A stretch of DNA of 64,000 nucleotides, taken from contig BK006941.2 of assembly GCA_000146045.2 (NCBI GenBank), positions 416,001-480,000 on the forward strand, given 5' to 3'. Source of the DNA: TPA_inf: Saccharomyces. Its lineage: Eukaryota. This document shows, piece by piece, positions 1-12,600 of this stretch (within the stretch, counting starts at the first letter, position 1; the number at the start of each line of letters is the position of its first letter). Below the pieces are notes generated by a model. The model did no database searches and was not told the DNA's origin. It saw nothing but the letters and a program-made list of their open reading frames with translations. The translations under genes and the position numbers were made by a program.

Positions 1-145
1 AAAGACGTCAAAAAAAAAAGTGATTGTGATATTGAGATGTAAGCTATATACCGAACTTTGAGCTCCCTCACGTGGAAAATATGATAGATTGTTGCCTCAT
101 CATTGCGGAACCGCATTTTTTTTTTGTATTTTTGCCTCCCTAGTT

Positions 146-1036
146 TCAAAATGCACCAAATTCTCCCCTTAATGCTTTTTGTTTTAAGTCCCAAATAGCC
201 ATCCTTTCATCATCGGGCAAGATAGAAATTTGACTGTCATTCAGTTGTAACACCTGTTTCAGTAGTTCTTTCTGTTTGTTAAGCACAGCTGGATCCACCA
301 CCTCGTTCACGCTATTGTTATTCGTAGCCGATGCCTCTTCTTGCGGCCTGGAAGCTAACGGGATCAAATCATCCACTTTACATATCCCATTCGTTAGCAA
401 TAATTCAGCCGTAACAAAACTCAACTGTGGACACAGCTCTAATAGCGAAACAGCATCTTCAGGATGCGCTCTTGTCCATTCTTGGAATTTTTGTAAAAAT
501 TTCAACTGCACCTCTTTCGGTTTTTTAGCTAGTTCGCTCGATATCATCATAGCAGGGGTGGTCATGTTTATGTTAACGTCGATACCAGAGGGCAATTCTG
601 GAAACTTTTGACTTAGAAAATTGGCATTTCCGCTGTTTTGAAAGTCCGGCCCATTACTATTATTATTATTATTTCCATTGTTGTTATTGTTCCCATTAAT
701 GTTGTTGTACTGTTGTTGTTGCTGTTGTGAAACTCCCGATATATCACTATTGCTGGAGTAACCGCATTTCAAAAACCTAGAGCCTAATTGGTATCCATTC
801 AAATTACGTACTGCGCTGGCACTGGACTCTAAATCTCTAAATTCAATAAACGCGTACCCTTTCGACCTACCAGTTTGGGGGTCGAACATCATTTTCAAAT
901 TGATCACGGGCCCAACATTACTACATAAATCAAGTATCTGCTCCTCTGTTTGATCGTATGGTATAGAACCCAGATACACCACTCGGGATGGTGGGTTGTT
1001 CTGTACCCCCGCATTCACACCGCTCTGCCTATTCAT
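146..1036 (-). CDS. RNA15: mRNA cleavage/polyadenylation factor CF IA subunit Rna15 (RRM protein)
   Basis: 296-aa ORF. N-terminal RRM with RNP1 motif KGYAFIEF, then Q/N-rich linker. ATG checked at 1034-1036 (minus strand). Confidence 0.93.
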   Translation of the reverse strand: MNRQSGVNAGVQNNPPSRVVYLGSIPYDQTEEQILDLCSNVGPVINLKMMFDPQTGRSKGYAFIEFRDLESSASAVRNLNGYQLGSRFLKCGYSSNSDISGVSQQQQQQYNNINGNNNNNGNNNNNSNGPDFQNSGNANFLSQKFPELPSGIDVNINMTTPAMMISSELAKKPKEVQLKFLQKFQEWTRAHPEDAVSLLELCPQLSFVTAELLLTNGICKVDDLIPLASRPQEEASATNNNSVNEVVDPAVLNKQKELLKQVLQLNDSQISILPDDERMAIWDLKQKALRGEFGAF

Positions 1037-1482
1037 TTTATCGTTTTCGTCTTTTCTTTCAATGTATTGATAATTAACGTGTCTATGTGATGCTATTGGT
1101 ATATAGCCTTTCTTGTATATCCCTCTAACAATTATTACAAGTGTTTCTGTTTAAAGCAAGTGCTAGAAGTGACTCGGTTCTCTTAGGAAATTCTAAACGC
1201 AAGATTTCTCTTATGGTGATTGTAACAATTATGAGATACTTCACTAGCCCACCTTAACTTTACGGACCTTCTTTTGAAACGATGCTTCGAATGACAACGC
1301 CTTTTTGATATATAATATCCAATTTCATTATAGGGAAATTTTCAACTCTTACCCGCCCCACTGTGCTGATATGACCAAGTGATCACTCGATGATGGGACT
1401 ACGTATTGAAAAATATTGAATGAAAAATTACTCAAGCAGCAGAACATTCACAGTGTAGTCAGTCCGCATAAGAGCATTCATC

Positions 1483-2412
1483 ATGGATAGTAAGGAAGTA
1501 CTGGTACATGTTAAGAATCTAGAAAAGAACAAAAGTAATGATGCTGCAGTTCTAGAAATCTTACATGTCTTGGATAAAGAATTCGTCCCCACTGAAAAGT
1601 TACTGAGAGAAACAAAAGTTGGTGTGGAAGTCAACAAGTTTAAAAAATCCACTAATGTAGAGATCAGCAAACTCGTGAAGAAAATGATTAGCTCTTGGAA
1701 AGACGCAATTAATAAAAATAAGCGTTCCAGGCAAGCACAGCAGCATCATCAAGATCATGCGCCAGGCAATGCAGAGGACAAGACAACTGTAGGTGAGTCC
1801 GTGAATGGTGTTCAACAGCCGGCCTCCTCCCAGTCAGATGCCATGAAACAAGACAAGTACGTCAGCACTAAACCAAGAAATAGTAAGAACGATGGTGTGG
1901 ATACAGCTATATACCACCACAAATTACGTGATCAGGTACTAAAAGCACTCTACGACGTTTTGGCCAAGGAAAGTGAGCATCCACCTCAATCTATTTTGCA
2001 TACTGCAAAGGCCATAGAAAGTGAAATGAATAAAGTTAACAACTGTGACACCAACGAAGCCGCTTACAAAGCCAGGTATCGTATAATTTATTCAAACGTC
2101 ATATCAAAGAATAACCCAGATCTCAAACATAAAATTGCCAACGGTGATATAACACCTGAATTCTTAGCTACATGCGATGCCAAGGATCTGGCACCAGCGC
2201 CCTTAAAGCAAAAGATAGAAGAAATTGCCAAGCAAAACTTATACAACGCACAGGGTGCCACCATAGAAAGGTCAGTCACCGATAGATTTACATGTGGTAA
2301 ATGTAAAGAGAAGAAGGTATCTTACTATCAATTGCAAACAAGATCTGCGGATGAACCATTGACCACTTTCTGTACATGTGAAGCATGTGGTAACAGATGG
2401 AAATTCTCTTAG
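1483..2412 (+). CDS. DST1: Transcription elongation factor TFIIS
   Basis: 309-aa ORF. C-terminal TFIIS zinc ribbon CGKC...CTCEACGNRW. ATG at 1483. Confidence 0.94.
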   Translation: MDSKEVLVHVKNLEKNKSNDAAVLEILHVLDKEFVPTEKLLRETKVGVEVNKFKKSTNVEISKLVKKMISSWKDAINKNKRSRQAQQHHQDHAPGNAEDKTTVGESVNGVQQPASSQSDAMKQDKYVSTKPRNSKNDGVDTAIYHHKLRDQVLKALYDVLAKESEHPPQSILHTAKAIESEMNKVNNCDTNEAAYKARYRIIYSNVISKNNPDLKHKIANGDITPEFLATCDAKDLAPAPLKQKIEEIAKQNLYNAQGATIERSVTDRFTCGKCKEKKVSYYQLQTRSADEPLTTFCTCEACGNRWKFS

Positions 2413-2824
2413 AATAGAAAAAGATGAGAGTAGCCACGGACAGAGCAAAGGAAACAATAGGAGGAAGGGACAGAAAAGCCTGTTCTGACTCTATTCGTAG
2501 TAGTATTTGACAGCCGGAATCCAGGAAAAGAAAAAGCCAAACATACAACCATATCCAATTTGTTGAAATGGCATATTCATATACGATGTACATATATACA
2601 TATACTGCTGGTGTTAATTTTTTTTGTCTGTCTCACGTAAAATCTTTTGTTCGTCCAGTTACTTTTAATTATTTATGATTTTCATGTTTTCTTTATTAAT
2701 CTTCTATGCATTAAATATGGCTCGGTCAGAACTAAAGAAATACAATTTAAGATGTAACAAAACCGACGAATAAAAAGTTAGAATAAACACAAGAAGCAGA
2801 AAGTAGATACTACAGCCACACATA

Positions 2825-3289
2825 ATGCTAAGAGTTATATGGAAGCATAGTTCCAGAGTCACTCGTTCGATAGAACTATCGAACATTTCTACCACTAATC
2901 ACACCAGGAGTTTAAGGAGGCTTTCCTGGATTTCTCCGAGAAGATTTTACGCTCAATCTTGGGACGACAGACAGCCTAATGACAAAATAGATGCACACAT
3001 AAAGGTGCAGAAACTCATGGATCAAATAAATTCGAGGCCTAATGTTCTGGAAAAGTTAGAAAAGGTTAGCAATATCATGATCGAAAAAAAATTGGTTAAT
3101 CTAGATGGGACTTCTGCCAATGAAGAAAATACGATGAAACCATGGCAAATGATTAAGATCTTAATGGACAGAGATCTGAGACACGCTATGAAGGAATTTA
3201 AATTGGAATTGGAAAAATCTGGCATACAGTTAGGACCTGAACAACTGGCCCCGCTAATGACCGTTTTAGGCCTTGAGAAGAAAAAATGA
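2825..3289 (+). CDS. small uncharacterized protein (154 aa; matches YGL041W-A, reported mitochondrial)
   Basis: 154-aa ORF with ATG at 2825. I recognise the translation as the small ORF between DST1 and HEM2. Confidence 0.7.
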   Translation: MLRVIWKHSSRVTRSIELSNISTTNHTRSLRRLSWISPRRFYAQSWDDRQPNDKIDAHIKVQKLMDQINSRPNVLEKLEKVSNIMIEKKLVNLDGTSANEENTMKPWQMIKILMDRDLRHAMKEFKLELEKSGIQLGPEQLAPLMTVLGLEKKK

Positions 3290-3526
3290 GAGGTGAAAGT
3301 AAAAAAACATTACCTATCTGTCTTACTAGCGCCTTCCGTGTATAAATATTACGTACTACTACATAAATACTCATTAGGAGGATTACATAATTTCCATTGT
3401 ATCGTATACTAGGTCGCATCTTTGCATATTATAAAGCTTGCCAAATAGGGATATACTGCCAGCACTGTTACATTTGTCATATTGACATCATTATTTTTAC
3501 TATTCACAAGGTAAGCACGTTTTTTT

Positions 3527-4570
<1,044 letters not shown>

Positions 4571-7091
4571 CTAGGTATGAATTACTGGAGTAAGCAATAA
4601 TATGAGTAAGCAGTAAAACTTTTTTTTATTTGGCTGATTGGGCAAGAAAATCAAAGACAATAGAGTGGCGCATAGATGTTGCTAGCATTTATTAGGTTGC
4701 CTTACTCTTATATAAATCAAGCGGGAAGCTTGCCTCAAGCCAATCACCGCACCGAACAGGGATTGCTCGTTTACCCGTATTTTGATTTTTTTTTCACCTT
4801 TTCCAATTTTTTTTTCGGCAACAATTTTTTGGATGATTTTTATCGTCGATCTTGGAATGATGATGTATTTCGGCGTCTCTACAAGACCCAATAAAGTAAT
4901 TCGGTGACACAGGCTTGTAGCAGATAGAAAACGTTCCGAAAGATGGGTTCCAATTGATGTAACACTTCTTTTTTATATATTCATGTGGACGTGTACGCCT
5001 TCTTCCCTTCTTTGCCTCTTGTGCCACTGTTAATCCTCTTAAGCATATTGTTTTTATTTACAGACATTGGCTGACTCACCAGAAACTATAATTGACGCTG
5101 ATTTCTAGTTAATTAAAAATAAAATATATGCAAGAATTAGCACCAGGCAGTCATTTCTGTAAATTGCTTTGTTTTCTATTTCAAATTTGTTTTTTGTATA
5201 TGTTTCAATGTTCTCGTGACAATGCAGGCTTTTTTTTGTGCGAATTAAAGTAAAGCTAATCAAAACTAAACAATAATTTATCTTGTTCCCGAAAGAGTGG
5301 ATCATGAGGAGGAAAGCTAACCGTCCAAGATCCTATATAATTTTTGAACTGAAAACCAACTGTTCACCTAGAAGACAGGTATCTGGATATGTAACTACAC
5401 GCTCTATAAATACAGAAATCGTAAGCTAATCAATATAAATGTAAAAGAAAATAGGAATTGCTGTCGATAGATTTATTTACTTTTGTATTGTCATCTGTGT
5501 TCTGTGCCAGTACACCGGACTCGTATGAGCTGTATGGTGTCGTTTCAATAGAATCTACTGTAATAATCACACAGATTAGAAATTATTTTCAAGATTAAAT
5601 ATGACAATACACCTTGGAATAAAAACACAGGATCTAATAGTGGCCCAAAATGAAGCTCGACGTGAAAATAATAGAGCCGTGATTTTAATTTCATGATTGG
5701 AAGACGTTTTCAAGGATGGTTAGACTTTGGGTCTGAAAGCACTGTCTCGTAGTCCATATATAAAGAAAATCTTATGGGAAACTGGTTACATTCTAATGAT
5801 TTTAGCAACAAGTTGCAGCTAAGAGTTTGAATATCTGAACGAAGTTGTCGGTACTTCTGCCACTATCAGTATAAATAATTGCCGCCGTTCCATGATATGG
5901 AGAGCATGGCAAGGTTTACTCTGATCTTGGCCATTCTTCATTAATTTGTCGTGTGAAATGCGCAGTAATCAACCAATTTTCTGTCAGCGGTATTTGAAGC
6001 CCTAAGATGACACAAATGAGAAAGCGTTTTCTCAACTAGTAATGCCAAATTCCTCCCTTCTATAAAAAGCCCCTAACTCCGCTGCATTCAATTGCATTTT
6101 TCATTAAAAGAATACCTTGAATAAAACCATGCGGGAACATATAGATATATAAAGCAGAACATTTTTGCTCAAGAACAGAAAGTTCCAATGGTTATCTATA
6201 GGTTCCGTTTCAGCTTTACGTACCTCCCAGTCAAGGTACGATTCAAAGCCTTTTAATTTTTTATCCCAAATAGAGCACGATGTCGCAATCTTCTGAGTGT
6301 TAAACTGTCGCCAAATCTGTATTTGGGTATAGCCATTTCTTCCAAAATTGCTAGGAATGGCCTTATAAGCTATATTGTGCTTGTGCTTGCGTTTGCGTTT
6401 GCATTTTTTTTTTTGTTATTTTATTACTTCGTCACAAGGGGTACAAGAGAACTCTTATCCAACTGACCACAGCTTTGTCACTAATTTCTCTCCAGAGGGG
6501 AATGTCCCTTTGAGATTATCGAACAGGAATGATTGGATCTATTGCACTAAAATGACCCAAAAACGCTCTAGTCCATGCTGCATCCTATCTTCCATCAATA
6601 CAGAAAATAACAGAAGGTTCATCAGCTCATATATAGAGAAGAAAGAAAAGAAAGAAAAAAAACTCTGTGTAGTGTAATACAACTGACTAACGCACCCACC
6701 GAAAGAGGGTCCACGAGGAATAGACAGTGCATTATACAGAACGTGCTGAAAATGTAGAACCTTCCTTGTGAATTTTACTCCTTGTACTTCCTGAGATAAT
6801 ATATGACCTTCTGAAAGGTAAAAGAGCGACCTTGATCCTGCAAATTTAGCGAATATTTGAATCGATTTTCATATTTTTTCTATATTAAAGCCCAACTACT
6901 GGGACCGAATATTTTCCCCTACAAAGGCTAGAAGACGGTGAAGCCTTCTTGTAATTTTTATTTCGTTTTAGTTTAGTTACAAAGTGCTTTTGCCATTGCA
7001 TAGACGAGCAGCTTATCCCATAATGAATAAATTCTATTCAAACTAATAATAACTAATAGTTGCTATAGTCACACCTTTTCAACAGATAAGT

Positions 7092-7205
7092 GGTTGTTTG
7101 GCCGAGCGGTCTAAGGCGCCTGATTCAAGAAATATCTTGACCGCAGTTAACTGTGGGAATACTCAGGTATCGTAAGATGCAAGAGTTCGAATCTCTTAGC
7201 AACCA
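7092..7205 (+). tRNA. tL(CAA): tRNA-Leu (anticodon CAA) with 32-nt intron
   Basis: GGTTGTTTGGCCGAGCGGTCTAAGGCGCCTGATTCAAG, then a 32-nt intron (7130-7161), then CTCAGG...GAGTTCGAATCTCTTAGCAACCA. A/B boxes present. T7 Pol III terminator at 7209-7215. Confidence 0.92.
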
Positions 7206-7208
7206 TTA

Positions 7209-7215
7209 TTTTTTT
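7209..7215 (+). terminator. RNA polymerase III terminator (T7 run) for tRNA-Leu
   Basis: TTTTTTT begins 4 nt after the tRNA 3' end. Confidence 0.8.
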
Positions 7216-7960
7216 CCATTTAAAATGATCTTTTTACCGACCAGGCGTCACTAACCACGAAAACATAGTTTAAGGTATTTTCCGTTTTAGGCGCAATGAA
7301 TATACTGCAACGTGCCTATTGAATCCTATTCGAAATCACCTCCAAAGTTATGTTGCCGATTAGGCAAATACTCTAAAAGTATAGTACTAAAGAACTACGT
7401 AAAGGTAAAATAAAACACCTGAATTTCATTTCTGAAATGAAGTACCATCATGAAATATGATGAAAGTCAAGACTCGTTGGGTCAATATACACCACAAAAA
7501 AAGGTACACACGAATGGTTTAACCCTTTCGGTTCCTTCTGTAAATCGAAAAATGCCCTTTATACAGCGGGTTGGTCTCCCATCAAAGTTGAGAAGCGATT
7601 AGAAATTAGGTTACCTAATGAATCCATAAATAAATGGAAAACGCTATTTTGTTCGAACGATGGAATAAAAATATGAACGGGTGTCATTGAAATTCGGTGT
7701 ATTTTTTGATCGGGCCTGATCTGGCTCGGGTTTGGCACAATTTGGCTTGGTTAGTTCGGCAAAGCTTATTTAAAGAACCTTTTTGGATAGCCAATTGAGA
7801 GACTTGAAATAGAAAGATCGTAAGTATTTTTATGAACGCAAAATCAATCTTGGTAGCCCAGTTAGTTTCTCTTCACTAATTCCGGAGAACAAAAACATAT
7901 CATACGATTGTGTGAGATTCAACAAAAATCGATCAGAAATTTTTTTTGAACAGAATAGTC

Positions 7961-9007
7961 ATGACTACTGAAAAAACCGTTGTTTTTGTTTCTGGTGCTA
8001 CTGGTTTCATTGCTCTACACGTAGTGGACGATTTATTAAAAACTGGTTACAAGGTCATCGGTTCGGGTAGGTCCCAAGAAAAGAATGATGGATTGCTGAA
8101 AAAATTTAAGAGCAATCCCAACCTTTCAATGGAGATTGTCGAAGACATTGCTGCTCCAAACGCTTTTGACAAAGTTTTTCAAAAGCACGGCAAAGAGATC
8201 AAGGTTGTCTTGCACATAGCTTCTCCGGTTCACTTCAACACCACTGATTTCGAAAAGGATCTGCTAATTCCTGCTGTGAATGGTACCAAGTCCATTCTAG
8301 AAGCAATCAAAAATTATGCCGCAGACACAGTCGAAAAAGTCGTTATTACTTCTTCTGTTGCTGCCCTTGCATCTCCCGGAGATATGAAGGACACTAGTTT
8401 CGTTGTCAATGAGGAAAGTTGGAACAAAGATACTTGGGAAAGTTGTCAAGCTAACGCGGTTTCCGCATACTGTGGTTCCAAGAAATTTGCTGAAAAAACT
8501 GCTTGGGATTTTCTCGAGGAAAACCAATCAAGCATCAAATTTACGCTATCAACCATCAACCCAGGATTTGTTTTTGGCCCTCAGCTATTTGCCGACTCTC
8601 TTAGAAATGGAATAAATAGCTCTTCAGCCATTATTGCCAATTTGGTTAGTTATAAATTAGGCGACAATTTTTATAATTACAGTGGTCCTTTTATTGACGT
8701 TCGCGATGTTTCAAAAGCTCATTTACTTGCATTTGAGAAACCCGAATGCGCTGGCCAAAGACTATTCTTATGTGAAGATATGTTTTGCTCTCAAGAAGCG
8801 CTGGATATCTTGAATGAGGAATTTCCACAGTTAAAAGGCAAGATAGCAACTGGCGAACCTGGTAGCGGCTCAACCTTTTTGACAAAAAACTGCTGCAAGT
8901 GCGACAACCGCAAAACCAAAAATTTATTAGGATTCCAATTTAATAAGTTCAGAGATTGCATTGTCGATACTGCCTCGCAATTACTAGAAGTTCAAAGTAA
9001 AAGCTAA
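7961..9007 (+). CDS. NADPH-dependent aldehyde/carbonyl reductase, dihydroflavonol-reductase-like (systematic YGL039W)
   Basis: 348 aa from the first ATG (7961); the track ORF begins at an upstream TTG. Rossmann motif [15 protein letters not shown]. Confidence 0.85.
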   Translation: MTTEKTVVFVSGATGFIALHVVDDLLKTGYKVIGSGRSQEKNDGLLKKFKSNPNLSMEIVEDIAAPNAFDKVFQKHGKEIKVVLHIASPVHFNTTDFEKDLLIPAVNGTKSILEAIKNYAADTVEKVVITSSVAALASPGDMKDTSFVVNEESWNKDTWESCQANAVSAYCGSKKFAEKTAWDFLEENQSSIKFTLSTINPGFVFGPQLFADSLRNGINSSSAIIANLVSYKLGDNFYNYSGPFIDVRDVSKAHLLAFEKPECAGQRLFLCEDMFCSQEALDILNEEFPQLKGKIATGEPGSGSTFLTKNCCKCDNRKTKNLLGFQFNKFRDCIVDTASQLLEVQSKS

Positions 9008-9361
9008 AATTAAGCTTTCGAGAAAAACTTTCTTTTAACCCCTCTAATCTAAATATAAACATATAGCTTATAGAAATGAATGAATATTTTAAATAGTTAC
9101 GGATACAAAGAGTTCATTATAGTGCGGGCAGTTAGTACGGTATCGATTTATCATTGGAGATCTGCAGTGTTACAGAAGCACTGCTCACCAGTTGTCTACG
9201 GAAGGACGTTGAGATAGTTTTACCACGTTTGAGCTAAAAGTTTCTACCACAAGAGCCTTTATTTGCACATGGCAGTGAATGCATGATTAAGGATATGAAG
9301 AAGAAAGGAATAACTAGGAATAAATTTTATTTAGAGAGGGTATGATGAAAGGAGAGCCTCG

Positions 9362-10804
9362 TTATTTATGACCTGCATTTTTATCAGCATCTTCTTTCCA
9401 GCTCCCGCTAAACATGTGCTTTACAAAAGCCATTTTGTCGTCACTAGACTGGGCGCCCATCTGCCCCACATCTGGTGAAAAACTTGTTATTGGTAGAACC
9501 ATCACATCATCAACGATAACTGGTTCTTTCAAAAAAGAGAAGAATTCCCAGGGCATTGAATTTGACGATTGCAAAGACTCTGATATTTTCTTATAAAATT
9601 TTCTTGTTGATTTGGACAGCGTATCGTTATCAACATCTTTTGCTGGTGTGGTGGCACTCTCACTACCTTCTTCGTCGTTCTTGTTTAGGTTTGGGTTGAT
9701 TAACAAGATATCGCTATTGTATCGGAGCACATTGTTCATGTATTCGAAAATAATGTCGGAGAAAATACCTGGACCCGTCCAATTCATTATATCTGAGCCA
9801 TCAACATTTTTGTTATTTTTCAATTCGGAGTGTTTGTAGGTCTCATCATGACGTCTTTTGTGCCTATAGTTTACGTTGTAGTCTTCTTCAAATCTTGGAT
9901 CAATCATTTCACTGACAGGAACTCCTGGGTTTTGTACGCTCGCCAAAGTCGTTGCAGTAATATTTAAGATCAATTCTCTTAGAATTGGGTGACCTGGTTT
10001 GGCTTGGATAGTCCATTGACAAAACTGGATCCTACGAGCATACCATTCACTCCAATCATCTCTGTCCGGATCTGCCTCAATGCCGATGACCAAACCTGGC
10101 TGGTGTGATATCTCATCACTTGAGAGAAGTGAGGGCTTTGAGTTCTTATAAGGAATAGGTTTATTCAAATCTATTATGTTGTTTAGCCATGACTTATTCT
10201 GAGAAGGCCATGAATCAATTGGCTTCAAAAGCATAGTATCCATATCTGAGTAAATACCACCTCTTGCAAATAATAATAGGTACCTTAAAAAATCTGCCTT
10301 TAGGATATTTCCAGGCATCAATTTAAACGCTTGGATGACTATCGGAACGGGTGCGTAAAGATTCTCCAAAAAAGGGATAATAGAATCATCCGAAATCAGA
10401 GAATATTGGTAATCCGGTGAATACGAACCAGACCATGTTTTTTGATAGGTTCTGAACGAAGAGGGAAAATTCTTATCATCTGCGCCGACTTTCCAGGTCT
10501 GCCACACCCTTTGCGGGATGGGGGCCTGAGAGTCGTAGGGAAACGCAAACGATAATTGATCACGTAAATTATGCAATTGATTTTTTTTCTTGTTAACTGT
10601 AATTTGTTTCTTCAAATTTATATCTTGTGAATGAGAAGTCGTAGGGAGAAGAGTTTGCTTGAAATCATCTTTGCTAGGGTAAAACTGAGAAAGCAGCCTT
10701 TTGTTTGACAAGTGAAATGTCAACAAAGAATAAATAAGAAGTACGGTTACGACTATTGTTTTTGATTTCCTTGTAGCGATCAGGTGGGACAACTTCCTAG
10801 ACAT
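9362..10804 (-). CDS. OCH1: Golgi alpha-1,6-mannosyltransferase initiating outer-chain N-glycan elongation
   Basis: 480-aa ORF. N-terminal signal-anchor. GT32-type DXD motif (IYSDMDTML). Confidence 0.93.
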   Translation of the reverse strand: MSRKLSHLIATRKSKTIVVTVLLIYSLLTFHLSNKRLLSQFYPSKDDFKQTLLPTTSHSQDINLKKQITVNKKKNQLHNLRDQLSFAFPYDSQAPIPQRVWQTWKVGADDKNFPSSFRTYQKTWSGSYSPDYQYSLISDDSIIPFLENLYAPVPIVIQAFKLMPGNILKADFLRYLLLFARGGIYSDMDTMLLKPIDSWPSQNKSWLNNIIDLNKPIPYKNSKPSLLSSDEISHQPGLVIGIEADPDRDDWSEWYARRIQFCQWTIQAKPGHPILRELILNITATTLASVQNPGVPVSEMIDPRFEEDYNVNYRHKRRHDETYKHSELKNNKNVDGSDIMNWTGPGIFSDIIFEYMNNVLRYNSDILLINPNLNKNDEEGSESATTPAKDVDNDTLSKSTRKFYKKISESLQSSNSMPWEFFSFLKEPVIVDDVMVLPITSFSPDVGQMGAQSSDDKMAFVKHMFSGSWKEDADKNAGHK

Positions 10805-11296
10805 GATCTCTTCTTTCTTTTACTTGCTTTCTTTTTCCAAATTGCTATTATTGCTCTTGAAATGAAAACGGAATCAAAGAACTAAAACAACCTATCCCTA
10901 TTAAATATAAAAGGATGCAGATGGGGAGAGAGAATGTGGATTGGCGAGAAATAATGTCGGTATTCGAAGAAGGCAGAAATACTAAAGTGGCTACCAAGCT
11001 ACCAAACTACCTTAATGCAGAAGTTTTGACGTTGCTGTCCCTGCAACGTGAAAAGTCCAAAAAGGCGCGTTTAGTTGAGGCCCAGCCAAATCTTTTCGCG
11101 GTGGGCCGGCCAAATAGTTTAAGCAATTTACCCAAAAAAGAATAAAGAGAGGCGTAAAGACGTTAGTTAATATTTTATTATTCCTTCTCCATATGTCGGA
11201 ATTCGGTGTACATACATATATATAGATATTGTTATATAGATTTGTGCATTTGCAAGCCACCCTAGTTCATCAGGTTGAAGAAGTATTATTCAGCTC

Positions 11297-11947
11297 TTAT
11301 TTATCCACGACATTGATGTTGTGGGCCTTCAACTCTTCCTTAACCTTATTGATGACTTCGGGATCATCGCTGATGGGTCTTGTGTAATCCAGCAGGACAG
11401 TGGTCTTATAACCTAGTTCTGCAGCGGAAATGGCGGTGGCTTTGACACAATACTCCAAAGCTACACCGACAATGTAAACCTCGTCTGTATGATGCTTTTC
11501 TAAGTACTTGTTCATGTCGGTCTTATGGAAGTTCCAGATGTCGTGGAAGGCGGAGTAGTATTCACGGTCAGTCAAGAAACCCTTGTCGACAATCTTAATA
11601 TGCTTAGTGACCACTTGGTCCATTATTTGGTCAACCAATTGACTACCCCAGGTGTTTTTCACACAGTGTACGGGCCACAAAATACCCTCTTGCGTGGAAT
11701 CATCGCCTGGCCTTGGAGAGTGGTAGGTGTATGTTGAATAGGGTTCTTTATCTTTATGGTTCTTTGCGAACGAAATATGTCTGGAAGGGTGCCAATCTCT
11801 GGTGACCACAATCCTGTGCCAGTCTCTATCAGCATCTTGCATCAAATCCGAGATAGGATTGATTAATTCCTCACCTTTTGGAACAGTCAAGGAACCTAAA
11901 GGTGAAATAAAATCATTTTGCATATCAACAACAATTAAAGTCTTCAT
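11297..11947 (-). CDS. PNC1: Nicotinamidase (isochorismatase fold)
   Basis: 216 aa from ATG at 11945-11947 (MKTLIVVDMQNDF...). Catalytic Cys in VALEYCVKAT. The track ORF extends to an upstream out-of-context start. Confidence 0.92.
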   Translation of the reverse strand: MKTLIVVDMQNDFISPLGSLTVPKGEELINPISDLMQDADRDWHRIVVTRDWHPSRHISFAKNHKDKEPYSTYTYHSPRPGDDSTQEGILWPVHCVKNTWGSQLVDQIMDQVVTKHIKIVDKGFLTDREYYSAFHDIWNFHKTDMNKYLEKHHTDEVYIVGVALEYCVKATAISAAELGYKTTVLLDYTRPISDDPEVINKVKEELKAHNINVVDK

Positions 11948-12169
11948 TTTTGTACTGTATTTTATTCTTTCTAACAAAGATATAGATAATCGTAAAAGAA
12001 AGTTTTGTTTGAAGGTTTCCTCACCTATTGCATCCAACCAGGTACCAGTTAAGAGTACATTGTATATGAAAATATATATATGAGTAATATATATATATAT
12101 AGTTTTATTAATAACTATTAGCACATCATAATCGTATCTGGAGACACATACATAGTGGGCCAAACGGAA

Positions 12170-12255
12170 ACCCCTGCCCCTTGAAGAACTTTTTTTTCAT
12201 AATTCACTTTTCCAGTACGTAACACCACGCGGCGCCCCTTTGTGGGGCCTGCCCC
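12170..12255. promoter_or_regulatory. Cluster of four STRE elements (CCCCT/AGGGG) in the PNC1 promoter
   Basis: CCCCT at 12170-12174, 12176-12180, 12234-12238 and 12251-12255, which is 225-310 bp upstream of the PNC1 ATG. PNC1 is a known Msn2/4 stress-induced gene. Confidence 0.7.
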
Positions 12256-12600
12256 TTTTTTTTTTTCTTTCTTTTTTTTCGGAAACATTCCGCGAGATTT
12301 CGGCACGTCCCAAATGATATCGAGCTAACACGTATAAAGCGATAACGTATATAACGACGTATGATTTTAGCAACGGAAGACGTTAACAATGACATATGGA
12401 TATTTATTTATATATATAATATAAAAATTTCATTACCCTGTGTGCCACCTTGATCCTTGACTTAATATATTTTTTTCTGCTTGGATCTCGGCGGCAGTTT
12501 TTTCTGTTTCATATAAGGAGGATCGTAGGGAAAGAGGAAAACAAAAGGCATAATTAACCAATAGCAACAATATAAGCAGTACAGAACCCTCACCACCAGA

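Noticed and set aside
2288-2895. Short minus-strand ORFs overlapping the DST1 3' end and the YGL041W-A start (2288-2593, 2704-2895)
   Set aside because: These may correspond to database dubious or small ORFs, but they overlap better-supported genes and I cannot support them from sequence alone.
6375-6677. 100-aa plus-strand ORF in the HEM2/tRNA-Leu interval
   Set aside because: It starts in a TG-rich simple repeat and ends in a (GAAA)n-like tract, with no recognisable domain. I treat it as non-coding but flag the surrounding region as a finding.
7206-7960. Search for a solo Ty LTR (delta/sigma/tau) next to tRNA-Leu, and likewise around tRNA-Phe (24808-25280)
   Set aside because: I looked for TGTTG...CAACA termini and remembered delta/sigma internal motifs, and found none. 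I cannot exclude a highly degraded fragment without an alignment.
12118-12395. Two overlapping short minus-strand ORFs (12118-12306, 12204-12395) upstream of PNC1
   Set aside because: Driven by the long pyrimidine/purine homopolymer and the STRE cluster. Translations are K/R-rich artefacts.
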